From an uncultured Balneola sp. (GTDB lineage: Bacteria > Bacteroidota > Rhodothermia > Balneolales > Balneolaceae): a stretch of DNA of 64,000 bases. Made by a program: the position numbers and the translations under genes. Each line of letters begins with the position of its first letter. The stretch's first letter is position 1. The stretch lies in assembly GCA_963975485.1 (NCBI GenBank), contig CAXBHO010000002.1, forward strand, positions 14,257 to 78,256, in the 5' to 3' direction. The notes below the pieces were generated by a model that had not been told where the DNA came from, did not search any database, and was given only the letters and a program-made list of their open reading frames with translations. Below, piece after piece: positions 51,853-62,093 of this stretch.

Positions 51853-54800
51853 CTACCAATCAATCTCCAGAATCCTGCCCGGTGTCCATGGAGCATTTGT
51901 CTGATTTAGTTGCCTATCTATTGCCGGAATATCTGTGTTAATAATCTCTTTCATCATGTCAATAACAGGTTGAAGTTGTTTTTTTGCTATTTCAGCAACA
52001 CGTTTCGAAGTTCCTGTTGGATCTGATGACGACGATGTACCGGCACCAATTGCATTATTAATTCTGGAATTCAAAGATGGAGCTTGTTGCATTTCCAGTC
52101 GCCCGGCAATTCTGTCTCCGCTCATCAGCAGATTGATTTGATTCAGTTTATTTTCCAGACCATCAATGTTTGCAGCTAATCCCGAGGGAGCGTCATTTCC
52201 CAGAGCTTTTAGCGCACCTTTGTAATATTGAAGCCGCTCATTTACTTCCCCGACTGCATTTCTCGCACTATTGGTAGCTTTTGAAAGTTTATTTAGCTGC
52301 TTATGAAAAGCTAACATTGCTGAGGGATTTTCAGCCGGAAGAGTAACATTACCCAACGGTCTCACTTCAAAATTCTGAGCTTCAGTGAGCTTTGTCACTT
52401 CCCCGTCAATACTTTTTGAAAGCTCAACCGAGTACGTTCCGGGTAGCACCATTAATCCCGAATCAAAATCTTTTGCTTCATTGGCATCGCTCTGATTTAA
52501 ACCAGTAATTTGAGGATATTTTAAATCCCAATAAATTCTATTGATTCCCTTTTTGGGGGAAGTTTTCAATTCACGAACTGCCTCACCATTGGCATCACGC
52601 ACTGTAAAAATCAGAAATGGAGTTTCTTCCTCTTCTTCCGCTTTCAATTGCTCATACGTTGGGTAGTAAACCGTTTCGCCTTCTTTTCTTCGTTTCGCTT
52701 CATCAGCTTCTCGAATAGCTTTCTTGGTTTTATATTCATCTTTGAGGAAATAAGTAAAAGCAGCACCGAATTCAGGATTTTCACCTAAGAAATAATCTTC
52801 TCCTTGAAACCCTTTTGGTCCCAACCAACTGATTGTGTTACTAGCTGCTATTCTGCTATACGGTTGGTATTGGTAAGAATGTCTTGTCGAGAACAAATGA
52901 GCTTCTTTCTCTGCTACTTCTTTTGATAATTCCTGAAGAGCTGAATAATCATCCATCACATAAAAACTTCTTCCAAATGTAGCCAAAACTAAATCTGTTT
53001 CTCTTTTTTGGATATCAATATCTCGGACAGCTACTGTTGGTAACCCTTTATTTAATTCTTTCCAGTAATCTCCTCCATCAATGGATGCAAAAAGACTAAA
53101 CTCAGTTCCTACGAAAAGCAACTTTCCGGTTTCAAAATCCTCAGCGATGGAATATACTGAACCTCTTTCCGGTAGATTATTAGCAATCGATTTCCACGAC
53201 TTTCCGGCGTTTGTACTTTTTAAAATATAAGGCTTGAAATCCCCGTTTTTGTGATTATTGAAAGCCACATACACGGTATTCCTATCATGTTCTGATGCAA
53301 TTAATTCGTTCACATATACCATATCCGGAACACCGGGGAATTTGTCGTACTTCTTCCAGATTTTTCCGCCATCTTCTGATACATGAACTAATCCATCATC
53401 AGTTCCGGCGTACAATAGATTCTCATCAAGCGGAGATTCAGCTAGTGCTACAATGCTTCCATACACAGAAGTCGAAGCGTTTTTGGCGATAGCATCCATT
53501 GGCCATACTTTTCCCATCACTTCAAATTTATTTCGATCCAACTGACGGGTTAGATCATCGCTAACTTCTCGCCAACTTTGTCCCATATCATCACTTCTCA
53601 GAACCCGATCTGAAGCGAAATAAAGTCTTTTATTATCATGCACACTCACAAAGAATGGAGAATCCCAGTTCCAGTTGTAATCGTAATCTCCCTCAGGTGC
53701 TTGTGGCCTGATGTCTTGCTGTTCCCCACTTTGCTTATCGAATCTTGCTAAACCACCATATTGCGATTGAGCGTACACAATATTCGGATTAGTTGGATCT
53801 ACATGCGGCTCAAATCCATCACCCAAAACCGTTACAAACCATTCATCGTCATTAATTCCTGTGGTAGCGTTTGTTCGGGAAGGACCTCCAAGCGTAAAAT
53901 TATCCTGAGTTCCGCCATATACATTATAAAATGGCTCAGCATTATCGGCGGCAACTTTGTAGAATTGAGTAACCGGAAGATTAGTAAAAAATCTCCAGGT
54001 TTTACCACGATCGAACGACTCATACACACCACCATCATTTCCATTCAGCAAGTGACTTGGATTTGATGGGTCGATCCACAAAGCATGATTATCAATATGC
54101 TTGTTTTTCTCGCCCACGTTATTGAAAGTCTTTCCACCATCCTCAGAAACTCCGGCAAAGGTATTCATCACATACACCAGATTCACATCCACAGGATCTG
54201 CAATCACTTCCTGATAATAGTTTCCACTTGATGAATAATCACTTTGTTTTTCCCAAGACTCGCCTCTGTCGTCAGATCTGTAAAATCCACTCTTTCCTGA
54301 TTCTGCTTCTACTGAAGCATAAATCACATCGGGATTAGCCAACGAAATATCCATCCCAATTCTACCAATATCGCCATCCGGCATTCCTTTCATTGTTTTA
54401 TTCCAGGTTTTTCCGGCATCGGTCGATTTATACACGGCTGATTCAGGTCCGCCACTTATATACGTAAAAACTCTTCTTCTTCTTTGATGTGCTGTTGCGT
54501 ATAAAACATCTGGATTTCTTGGGTCCAAGTGTACTTCATTCACTCCGGTATGCTCACTTATCTCTAATACTTTCTCCCAGTTTTCTCCCCCATCAGTAGT
54601 TTTGTATAAGCCTCTATCACCACCGGCACTCCAAAGTGGTCCGGTTGCAGCTACATAAACTATATCAGAATCTCTCGGATCAATCTCTATCATTCCAATA
54701 TGTTCTGAGTTTTTTAATCCCATGTTTTTCCAACTCTTTCCTCCGTCAATGGATTTATAAATTCCATCACCATAAGCCACACTTCGCTGATTGTTATTCT

Positions 54801-55140
54801 CTCCGGTTCCCACCCAAACCACATTGTGATTATTCGGATCCATAGCTACAAAACCGATGGAATACGATCCCTGACTATCAAAAACAGGCTTCAAGGAAAT
54901 TCCTCCGTTTTCTGTTTTCCAAACACCTCCGGAAGCTGTAGCTATATAAAATTCGCTGTGATTGTCAGGATTTACCGCAAAGTCAGCGATTCTCCCCGAA
55001 GTAAAAGCAGGACCAATATTCCTGAATGAAAGACTGTTCCAAGCTATATCGTAGCGAGAGTCTTTGTCTGATTTTTGTGCAAAAAGTGTAGCAGTGCTTA
55101 AAAGTACTGTTAAGCTTAATAGAGAAATGAATCGTTTCAT
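51853..55140 (-). CDS. Secreted BNR/Asp-box repeat protein (sortilin/VPS10-like, 'glycosyl hydrolase' type)
   Basis: 1095 aa with a signal peptide and at least 10 Asp-boxes (SIDGGKSW, TTDGGENW, STDAGKTW, SDDRGESW, SFDRGKTW, SEDGGKIW, STNAGKSW...). Confidence 0.8.
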   Translation of the reverse strand: MKRFISLLSLTVLLSTATLFAQKSDKDSRYDIAWNSLSFRNIGPAFTSGRIADFAVNPDNHSEFYIATASGGVWKTENGGISLKPVFDSQGSYSIGFVAMDPNNHNVVWVGTGENNNQRSVAYGDGIYKSIDGGKSWKNMGLKNSEHIGMIEIDPRDSDIVYVAATGPLWSAGGDRGLYKTTDGGENWEKVLEISEHTGVNEVHLDPRNPDVLYATAHQRRRRVFTYISGGPESAVYKSTDAGKTWNKTMKGMPDGDIGRIGMDISLANPDVIYASVEAESGKSGFYRSDDRGESWEKQSDYSSSGNYYQEVIADPVDVNLVYVMNTFAGVSEDGGKTFNNVGEKNKHIDNHALWIDPSNPSHLLNGNDGGVYESFDRGKTWRFFTNLPVTQFYKVAADNAEPFYNVYGGTQDNFTLGGPSRTNATTGINDDEWFVTVLGDGFEPHVDPTNPNIVYAQSQYGGLARFDKQSGEQQDIRPQAPEGDYDYNWNWDSPFFVSVHDNKRLYFASDRVLRSDDMGQSWREVSDDLTRQLDRNKFEVMGKVWPMDAIAKNASTSVYGSIVALAESPLDENLLYAGTDDGLVHVSEDGGKIWKKYDKFPGVPDMVYVNELIASEHDRNTVYVAFNNHKNGDFKPYILKSTNAGKSWKSIANNLPERGSVYSIAEDFETGKLLFVGTEFSLFASIDGGDYWKELNKGLPTVAVRDIDIQKRETDLVLATFGRSFYVMDDYSALQELSKEVAEKEAHLFSTRHSYQYQPYSRIAASNTISWLGPKGFQGEDYFLGENPEFGAAFTYFLKDEYKTKKAIREADEAKRRKEGETVYYPTYEQLKAEEEEETPFLIFTVRDANGEAVRELKTSPKKGINRIYWDLKYPQITGLNQSDANEAKDFDSGLMVLPGTYSVELSKSIDGEVTKLTEAQNFEVRPLGNVTLPAENPSAMLAFHKQLNKLSKATNSARNAVGEVNERLQYYKGALKALGNDAPSGLAANIDGLENKLNQINLLMSGDRIAGRLEMQQAPSLNSRINNAIGAGTSSSSDPTGTSKRVAEIAKKQLQPVIDMMKEIINTDIPAIDRQLNQTNAPWTPGRILEIDW

Positions 55141-55399
55141 CTTATCTTGGTTTGTTTTCGATGGTTAGTCGCTTAGGATAGCTAAATAAGACTACTAATG
55201 TCTTTAAATTTTGTATTTTTAACCCGTCATCTTTGTAGATGTCAGGTAATTCGTTGACGACTTGATATAGTTGAGAAGTCATCTCGCGGCGAATGCCCGT
55301 GCCGAAGGCATCCCTTATATGGTTTTTCTCCTCGATCCAATGCTCAGCGTTGGGTCGAATTTGGTAACGCCGTAGAGCATCGTTACCAGTTGAAATCTC

Positions 55400-56122
55400 T
55401 CAATCAATCCTGCCATTCAACTGCTTCTGTAATTGTTTCCAGTTTGGGAGATAGAGGGTCATGAAGTTTTTGAAGCGTTGATTATGCAGGCGCTCATGCA
55501 GATGAACCATTTCATGGACTACCACATATTCTAATAACTCGGGAGACTTTTCCGCTAAGGCTAAGCTCAGCCAAATTCTTCGAACTCTGATATTACAGGT
55601 TCCCCATCTAGTTTTCATTCGTTTCACTCCAAACTCTGAAACGGAAACATTCATAACAGGCTCCCATTTCGCAATCAGTTTTGGAATTTCTTCTTTTAGA
55701 TGTGCTCTATAAAAATCCTGAATAGCTTTTTCTCTCTTTTTTTGATCTGGTTTCTTTCTTGAAGAGAGAATGATCTTATCATCTTTAATAGTAACAGAAG
55801 TCTTATTAGAACCCGTTCTAACCTCTAATTCATATTCTTTTCCCTTAAAAAATATTGCGTCTCCTTCTTTAAATTTCTTCTCTTCAGGTAATACTTCAGT
55901 AGGAATTTTTTTAGAAAGATATTTTTCGATCCACGTTCTTTTGGATTGAATAAAGTCGATCAATTCTCTTTCGGAAACTCTGTGTGGACAAGAAACCCTG
56001 ATCTTTTTGGTAGCGGTATTAACTTTTAAACGAATGGTCTTAATTCGTTTTCGCGTGACCTCTATCCTGATATCATCAATCATTAATTCGTAGGTAGTTT
56101 CCACCTTCTTTCTTCTGAACAT
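55400..56122 (-). CDS. YgjP-like M48/DUF45 family metal-dependent hydrolase
   Basis: 240 aa with WGTCN and HEMVHLHERLH (HExxH) motifs. Confidence 0.8.
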   Translation of the reverse strand: MFRRKKVETTYELMIDDIRIEVTRKRIKTIRLKVNTATKKIRVSCPHRVSERELIDFIQSKRTWIEKYLSKKIPTEVLPEEKKFKEGDAIFFKGKEYELEVRTGSNKTSVTIKDDKIILSSRKKPDQKKREKAIQDFYRAHLKEEIPKLIAKWEPVMNVSVSEFGVKRMKTRWGTCNIRVRRIWLSLALAEKSPELLEYVVVHEMVHLHERLHNQRFKNFMTLYLPNWKQLQKQLNGRID

Positions 56123-56297
56123 TTTTAACGATAGGAATTATCCTATTAAATAGAAATGATGGAGCCTTTTTTAGTTGCTAAGTGATAAATAGTATGACAT
56201 AGTTTACACATTCTGTAGCATAACATAGTTTACACTTTTTAGTAAACAAGAGTTCTTTGATATAGTGATTTTCTCGTAGTGTTCATTCAAAAATCGG

Positions 56298-56666
56298 ATG
56301 AACGAATACGAAAAAAGAAAACAAGCAATCAACCGGCATCTGGCTGGTAAGGCGGTTACCAGTATTGTGGGCTCGCTGGGAAAAAGTCGCTAGTGGTTTT
56401 ATAATTGGCTTAAACGCTACAAGGCTACAGGCGGGGAGGGTAGCTGGTTTGAAGACGTTCAGATCAACAAAAGAACCAAAGCAAAATACACCTTACGTTT
56501 TCCGAGATTCAAAGCTATTCGCTGGGACTTATCTCCTTCTGATGCAGATACTTTAAAAGATGTGGAGCGAATGTATCAAGAAAAGCTAGATGAAGTAAGA
56601 TTAAGACAGGGGAAGAATCCTTTGTATATTTTTAAGGTTTTACCAAATTATGTGGCAAAAATGTAA
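56298..56666 (+). pseudogene. Remnant of a transposase/integrase N-terminal HTH domain (IS481/IS3-like) with in-frame TAG
   Basis: MNEYEKRKQAINRHLAGKAVTSIVGSLGKSR*WFYNWLKRYKATGGEGSWFEDV... The HTH pattern resembles IS481/IS3 OrfA. No DDE domain follows. Confidence 0.4.
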
Positions 56667-56745
56667 ATTAGGAATAAGGGAATTAGGAATACCTTTTACC
56701 TGTTAAAGAATTCCTAATTCTCATATTTACTTATTCCTAATTAGC

Positions 56746-57699
56746 ATGTCAAACTGGACATTAAAATCTATTCCGCCACACGATTGGTTTCTATGCTTGG
56801 ATGTAGAATCTTATTTCGATCACGAACACAATGTAGAAACTATTTTTGAGGAAGGATTTACACGCCCTATTCCTATTGGGGATACAGATGTCATCGTCAC
56901 TGTTTTCTTTAACGGCGATCCAGACAATCCTGAATTTCATATAGAAACTACAGAATCACTTTCAAAAGATGAGATAGTAGAAGCTAATAAGAGTCTTTCT
57001 AAAATCTTAGGAACGGAAATGGATATTCGTCCACTTTATGATCAAGCAGCAAATGATTCGCTCTTGAGTGATAAACTAAATTCCTTGTATGGTTTAAAAA
57101 GAATGACCCGTGCTAATTTATTCGAAGATATTCAGAATCGAATTGTAGAAATGCAGATGAATCATAAACCAACAGCAAAGAAAATGATGTTTGACGTTCG
57201 TGAAGCTTATGGCGCCGCTCTGGTTCACAATGGAAAAAATATCCCGGCATGGCCCAGAGCACATCAGCTAATGAAAGCGGATCCGACGGGAATTCGAAAT
57301 CTTGGTCCAACCAAAAGAAAAGGTGAATACTTAATTGGATTGGCTGCGGATATGGTTGGTGGGAATGTGGATATGGATCATATCACAAATTGTGATCCTC
57401 AGGAAGCTTACAATCTGCTTACGAATATAAAAGGAATCGGTCCTACTGCCGGACAAGATTTAATGATGATGCGGGGCAGACCGGATGCTGTTTTTCCAAG
57501 CAACAAAAAGAAAGAGGAAGAAAAAGGATTGCGCCAGTGGATTATCGCAAGCTATGGTGAAAACCCGCATACCATCAGCGAAAAGAAATTTCAAAAGCTG
57601 ATATCTAACTGGAATGGATTTGAAGGAGCTACCCTAGAATTTTTATATGTTGATTGGATTATTCGTGAGAAGGAGAAGAAGGCTAAGTCTAAGAAGTAA
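56746..57699 (+). CDS. HhH-GPD superfamily protein (AlkA / 3-methyladenine DNA glycosylase II-like)
   Basis: 317 aa. AlkA-like order of motifs: FEDIQNRIVEMQMN, WPRAHQL..ADP, KGEYLIGLA, HhH IKGIGPTAGQDLMMMRGRPDAVFP. Confidence 0.55.
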   Translation: MSNWTLKSIPPHDWFLCLDVESYFDHEHNVETIFEEGFTRPIPIGDTDVIVTVFFNGDPDNPEFHIETTESLSKDEIVEANKSLSKILGTEMDIRPLYDQAANDSLLSDKLNSLYGLKRMTRANLFEDIQNRIVEMQMNHKPTAKKMMFDVREAYGAALVHNGKNIPAWPRAHQLMKADPTGIRNLGPTKRKGEYLIGLAADMVGGNVDMDHITNCDPQEAYNLLTNIKGIGPTAGQDLMMMRGRPDAVFPSNKKKEEEKGLRQWIIASYGENPHTISEKKFQKLISNWNGFEGATLEFLYVDWIIREKEKKAKSKK

Positions 57700-57929
57700 C
57701 TTAATCTTCTATTTTTCCTCATCACGTAGCTCCGCTACGTAATGCTAATTTGGAAGTTCAGCTTCCATTGAGGTGGGGTCTCAAAGAAGGCATTCCGAAC
57801 GAGCTTAAACCACAATTGATCATCGAATTAGAATTCGAAGATATTCAAGTGAAAAAACGCACCAAAACACAAGGGAGCAAGAGCTCCTGAATATCATCCC
57901 AAGCAGTAGCTTGGGATAGAGGTTAACTG

Positions 57930-59024
57930 TTAATTATATCTAAGTCTATTTCCTGCCCATTCTGAATTTCTTCTTCCGATCCCATAAATATCAATCGAAA
58001 CTTCATCATAACTATATAAATTAGGAAGATTTATAGTCTGAAATTGAAAACCTGAAGAGCCTTGTGTAGCAAATTTAACTCCGATCTGGAATTGAAAGTC
58101 GAATACCTTTTTGATGTCTTTTGCATCTAACTTTCTTTGAGACTCATTTACATAGGTATAGACAATTTTATTATTATGTAAGCCGAAAATAGTCATTCTT
58201 TTTAAATCGGTGCTAAACTTATCCATCATCCATTCTTTCCCCATGGGATAAAGGATTTCTTGCGCCAATTTAAAGAGTTCTTGTGAAGTAACTTCATGGC
58301 TACCTAAACCATATTTAGTCAAATCAACCTGAATCGCTAATTTAGTGGCAAAAGGAAGCTGAAGAGCCTGATTACTTAAATATGCACCTGTATTTGAATA
58401 CGCATTGTTATTATAGTAGAAAACTTCCTGCGGGACGCTTTCTAGTGAAAGATTTGGTATAGTATACTCAAAGTACACCTGATTAATTCCTAATCGAACC
58501 TCCCATGTTGAAATTGTCCACCAAATACCCAATCGCTTTCTTTGGTGTTTGGTTGAAATACCTATGGACCGCCCTAATAAATAATTTTGATTCCAATACT
58601 TCGTTTTAATGCGATATCTGCTGTCATTAAAATTATCCGTACAGTTTTTTGAGGTTCCGAATACAAAAGAAAAAAGACCATTATTCGTGTTACAGGATTC
58701 AAGATTTGTAATAAATTCTTCTACTGTATTGTTTCCGTTATTAGGAGGATTAGGATTGCCCGGAGGCCCCCCAACAGGTCTACATTCTTCTGTAAGTCCA
58801 AAGTATGAGATTTGATCATCTATAGACATTAATATTGGACCCTCACAATCAATGTTATCTATTGCTAAAGCTCCACTCACAACATTACTTTTTGAAACGA
58901 TCTTTTGATGATTGTTAGCGTTATCTAAGTATTCATATAAATGCTCTAATTGATCCTTGTGGACAAAAAATAAACCTAAAGTCTGTGTACTTATAGACAG
59001 AGTCTGCAACTTGAATTTCTCCAT
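57930..59024 (-). CDS. Hypothetical protein, probably the distal part of a frameshifted gene of about 500 codons
   Basis: The 364-aa ORF has no motif I recognise, only a Pro/Asn-rich linker GGPPGNPNPPNNGNN. It overlaps the upstream ORF by 92 nt. Confidence 0.5.
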   Translation of the reverse strand: MEKFKLQTLSISTQTLGLFFVHKDQLEHLYEYLDNANNHQKIVSKSNVVSGALAIDNIDCEGPILMSIDDQISYFGLTEECRPVGGPPGNPNPPNNGNNTVEEFITNLESCNTNNGLFSFVFGTSKNCTDNFNDSRYRIKTKYWNQNYLLGRSIGISTKHQRKRLGIWWTISTWEVRLGINQVYFEYTIPNLSLESVPQEVFYYNNNAYSNTGAYLSNQALQLPFATKLAIQVDLTKYGLGSHEVTSQELFKLAQEILYPMGKEWMMDKFSTDLKRMTIFGLHNNKIVYTYVNESQRKLDAKDIKKVFDFQFQIGVKFATQGSSGFQFQTINLPNLYSYDEVSIDIYGIGRRNSEWAGNRLRYN

Positions 59025-59430
59025 CGCTATTGATCAAGCTTGCAAATGACTCATCAGAAACAATATCCTCAAACTCAATCTCTGAATCTTGAGTCTCCGT
59101 CGATGATTTCATCTTCCAAGAGTTCTTCACCCTCATTTTAGTTTCTAACATTTCAATAGTTTCTATATCTGAATCACTTACTATTGGTACAGCTGGAACA
59201 AACCCCGATTGATATTTTTTTGACAACACATCTTCAAAATCTTCACGGGAAAGATTTTTTAATTTCTTGACATCAGTATTTAGTTGAATCTTAGTATTAA
59301 ATGCGAGCCGTTGGTCAACAACTTCTGCGTTAGCTAATATCTCATCCTCAATAATTGGGTTTCCATGTTGTGTTATAGAATCGCAACTCCAAATAAAGGT
59401 TAGAGATATCAGAACGATTAATGGGTGTTT
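58933..59430 (-). pseudogene. Proximal part of the same gene: lipoprotein-type signal peptide without a canonical start codon
   Basis: The stop-to-stop frame reads KHPLIVLISLTFIWSCDS... (lipobox IWSC). There is no ATG/GTG/TTG before the GTG at 59229. An A6/T6 run at 58965..58970 is a plausible frameshift site joining it to 57930..59024. Confidence 0.4.
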
Positions 59431-59462
59431 TTATAATTATGTATCGTTGTTCCCCTTTTTGT

Positions 59463-60035
59463 TTAAAAAATAAAACCAATAGAAAAGCCAATACCTTTTA
59501 ATACGACTGTTCTATCAGACGATGTGTAGTTTTCATCCGTTAGTGAAAGTCCTTTAAAACTCCCATTGATGCTTCCAATCATTGCTATATTAGATGCAGC
59601 AAAGAATTTGTACCCAATTCCGATCTCAAGCATTCTTCCTTCCCGATATGAATCGCTGGCTTTTACTACAGTACCAACATCAAGAAAAGCGAATGCTGAA
59701 TTCTTACCATCAACAAAATATCCTCTCAGGTCGATAAATAGAGGTAACGTGTTAAAATCCGGCTCATTATATCCATCCAATCCAATTCCAACCCCAACAG
59801 AAAAGTTCGAATTTAAAAAATATCCACCGATGGTTTGCAGACTATATGCTCTTGAATTTTCTGTTGAAAAATTATTCTCCCCAGTTCCAAAGCCATCAAA
59901 AACTACATCGTTAACATTTATATAGCTAAATTTTGTGATATTGAAGAAACGCTCATTTTTGTACCTATCATAATCTTGTGAATAAAGCGCTTGGGTTAAA
60001 AGTGTGGTAAAAATTAAGATGATAGCAGTTCTCAT
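59463..60035 (-). CDS. Small outer-membrane beta-barrel protein
   Basis: 190 aa with signal peptide MRTAIILIFTTLLTQALYSQ. It shows alternating beta-strand patterns and a C-terminal aromatic residue (…GFSIGFIF). Confidence 0.65.
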   Translation of the reverse strand: MRTAIILIFTTLLTQALYSQDYDRYKNERFFNITKFSYINVNDVVFDGFGTGENNFSTENSRAYSLQTIGGYFLNSNFSVGVGIGLDGYNEPDFNTLPLFIDLRGYFVDGKNSAFAFLDVGTVVKASDSYREGRMLEIGIGYKFFAASNIAMIGSINGSFKGLSLTDENYTSSDRTVVLKGIGFSIGFIF

Positions 60036-60179
60036 AGCAATAGATTTTAGAATGATGTCTTAAAGAGATGCTCTCGTTTAGTTTATTACAAAAATAAGTA
60101 AGATCAAAATTAATTTTTGCCCAACCTATTATATATATAAATTTTGGAGCTAAAGTAGCTAATACCTGAATAAGGTACT

Positions 60180-60659
60180 TTAGCCTCTAAATTTTTCACC
60201 CTCATCCGTGAAAATATTTACTATTGCTGTTCCTTCGTATGGTTTGGGTTTAAACTCCCTCAATAAGCTAAGATTCTCATCAAATACAAGAACCTTGTTG
60301 TTTCCAGAGTCATTAATGTAGATGATGCCATTCAGGGTTTTTGTCATCTCGTATGCATCTAAGATTTCTCCCGGACCTTTGCCTTCCCGAATCGAATTTT
60401 TGATTTTCATGTCTAGCGAGAGTAATAAAATAGAGGGTAGTTCACGATCTGCGATAACGACATCACCGCTTTTTGTTACCAAGCTTTTATATCCCAGATG
60501 AGAAAAATATAAATCTTCAACTTGGTCAAATCTTGATTGCTCTTTAGGAATGATGGTAGAGATTTTAGAAAGATTCATCCCTGGTTTTTTATCTGAACAT
60601 GAAACCATTCCAACACATAGAATTAAGGCAACCCAGAATGCCCAAACTATTTTCATCAT
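60180..60659 (-). CDS. Lipoprotein resembling the N-terminal third of 6-bladed beta-propeller (NHL-like) family proteins
   Basis: 159 aa. Lipobox MVSCSDKK and the motif IYINDSGNNKVLVFDENLSLLREF. Confidence 0.5.
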   Translation of the reverse strand: MMKIVWAFWVALILCVGMVSCSDKKPGMNLSKISTIIPKEQSRFDQVEDLYFSHLGYKSLVTKSGDVVIADRELPSILLLSLDMKIKNSIREGKGPGEILDAYEMTKTLNGIIYINDSGNNKVLVFDENLSLLREFKPKPYEGTAIVNIFTDEGEKFRG

Positions 60660-60773
60660 AGTAACTGTTTGTTTTTTTACAAGAAAAAAATACTAAAACG
60701 AGCTTGAAATAAAAAAGCCAATCCATAAGGACAGGCTTTCATACTTATAAAAAACTTGCAGATATAGATTTTA

Positions 60774-62093
60774 TCAGGAGTCAGACTCATTTGGCTTCAA
60801 CTTCATTTTCAAAAAGAAATATCCCAATAAACCACTAAGCAATGACCCTACAAATATTCCAACCTTTGAATATTCAATAAATTGAGGATCTGTAAAAGCT
60901 AGTCCGCCAATAAATAGAGACATCGTAAACCCAATTCCGGTTAAACAGGCAATTCCATAGAATATGGTCCATACTTTGTCTGAGTCAGGCAGTTTTATGA
61001 TTCCCAGCTTGCTTGACAACCAAACAGAAAGCATAATACCTATCTGCTTTCCAAGAAAAAGACCAAAGATTATACCCAGTGTTAGCGTTGATGAAAAAGC
61101 TACAACTGCTTGTTCAGCTGATAGAGCTACTCCTGCATTGGCAAAAGCAAATATCGGCAAAATAAAATAGGCAACTAACGGGTGTAACTTGTGTTCTAAC
61201 TTGTGTAATGGACTCTCGAGTTTTTCTACGCTGTCTTCGATGTAATGCATCGCCGTTTCTTCATCTTCTTTATCGGGCGTAGTTAATGATGATTTTAACA
61301 TATTCATCCCTTTCTCAAGATTTGCCAGCAACCCTTCTCTATTTTTATGAGGTGTTGCGGGAATCATAAAACCAAGCACAACTCCTGCTACGGTTGCATG
61401 CACTCCTGACTTTAAAACAGCAATCCATAACACTAATCCTACCAAAAGATATAAAGCAATTGAACGAACATTTGCCCAATTCATAATTATAAGAACGATG
61501 ATGGTAGCTCCTGCTATCCCTAACGCCATCATCGAAATATTCCCTGTATAGAACACGGCTATTACCAGTACTGCAATTAAGTCATCTACTACTGCAACGG
61601 CTGTTAGAAACACTTTTGCCCAAACAGGAACTCTGCTTCCCAAAAGTGCCAATACTCCAAGAGCAAAGGCAATATCAGTTGCTATTGCAACCGCCCATCC
61701 GTCCATAAAATCTGTACCTGCATTAAATCCGAAAAATATTAAGCCCGGTACAATTGCACCGCCAAAAGCTGCTATTACAGGCAACAGAGCTGATTGCAGG
61801 GTAGAAAGTTCTCCATACTTAACTTCTCTTTTAATTTCTAACCCAATGAGTAGGAAGAATATCGCCATTAACCCATCATTCACCCATAGAATTATGGGTT
61901 TTGAAATATTACCGGACTCAAAGCCAATGGTTAATTTGGCTTGAAAAAGATCTACGTACCATTGAGATAATGGCGAATTTGCTACTATTAGGGCGAGTAT
62001 TGCAGAAATCAAAAGCAAAATTCCTGAAAAAGCTTCCGTTTTAATAAACTCTTGGATTGGGGCTAAACGGCTCTTGGATATACTGTTAGACAT
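60774..62093 (-). CDS. nhaA: Na+/H+ antiporter NhaA
   Basis: 439 aa with NhaA blocks WVNDGLMAIFFLLIGLEIKRE and ATDIAFALGVLALLG. Confidence 0.93.
   Translation of the reverse strand: MSNSISKSRLAPIQEFIKTEAFSGILLLISAILALIVANSPLSQWYVDLFQAKLTIGFESGNISKPIILWVNDGLMAIFFLLIGLEIKREVKYGELSTLQSALLPVIAAFGGAIVPGLIFFGFNAGTDFMDGWAVAIATDIAFALGVLALLGSRVPVWAKVFLTAVAVVDDLIAVLVIAVFYTGNISMMALGIAGATIIVLIIMNWANVRSIALYLLVGLVLWIAVLKSGVHATVAGVVLGFMIPATPHKNREGLLANLEKGMNMLKSSLTTPDKEDEETAMHYIEDSVEKLESPLHKLEHKLHPLVAYFILPIFAFANAGVALSAEQAVVAFSSTLTLGIIFGLFLGKQIGIMLSVWLSSKLGIIKLPDSDKVWTIFYGIACLTGIGFTMSLFIGGLAFTDPQFIEYSKVGIFVGSLLSGLLGYFFLKMKLKPNESDS

Noticed and set aside
56365-56556. 63-aa plus-strand ORF (GTG start)
   Set aside because: This is the wrong frame relative to the HTH-like remnant, and the translation is unconvincing.
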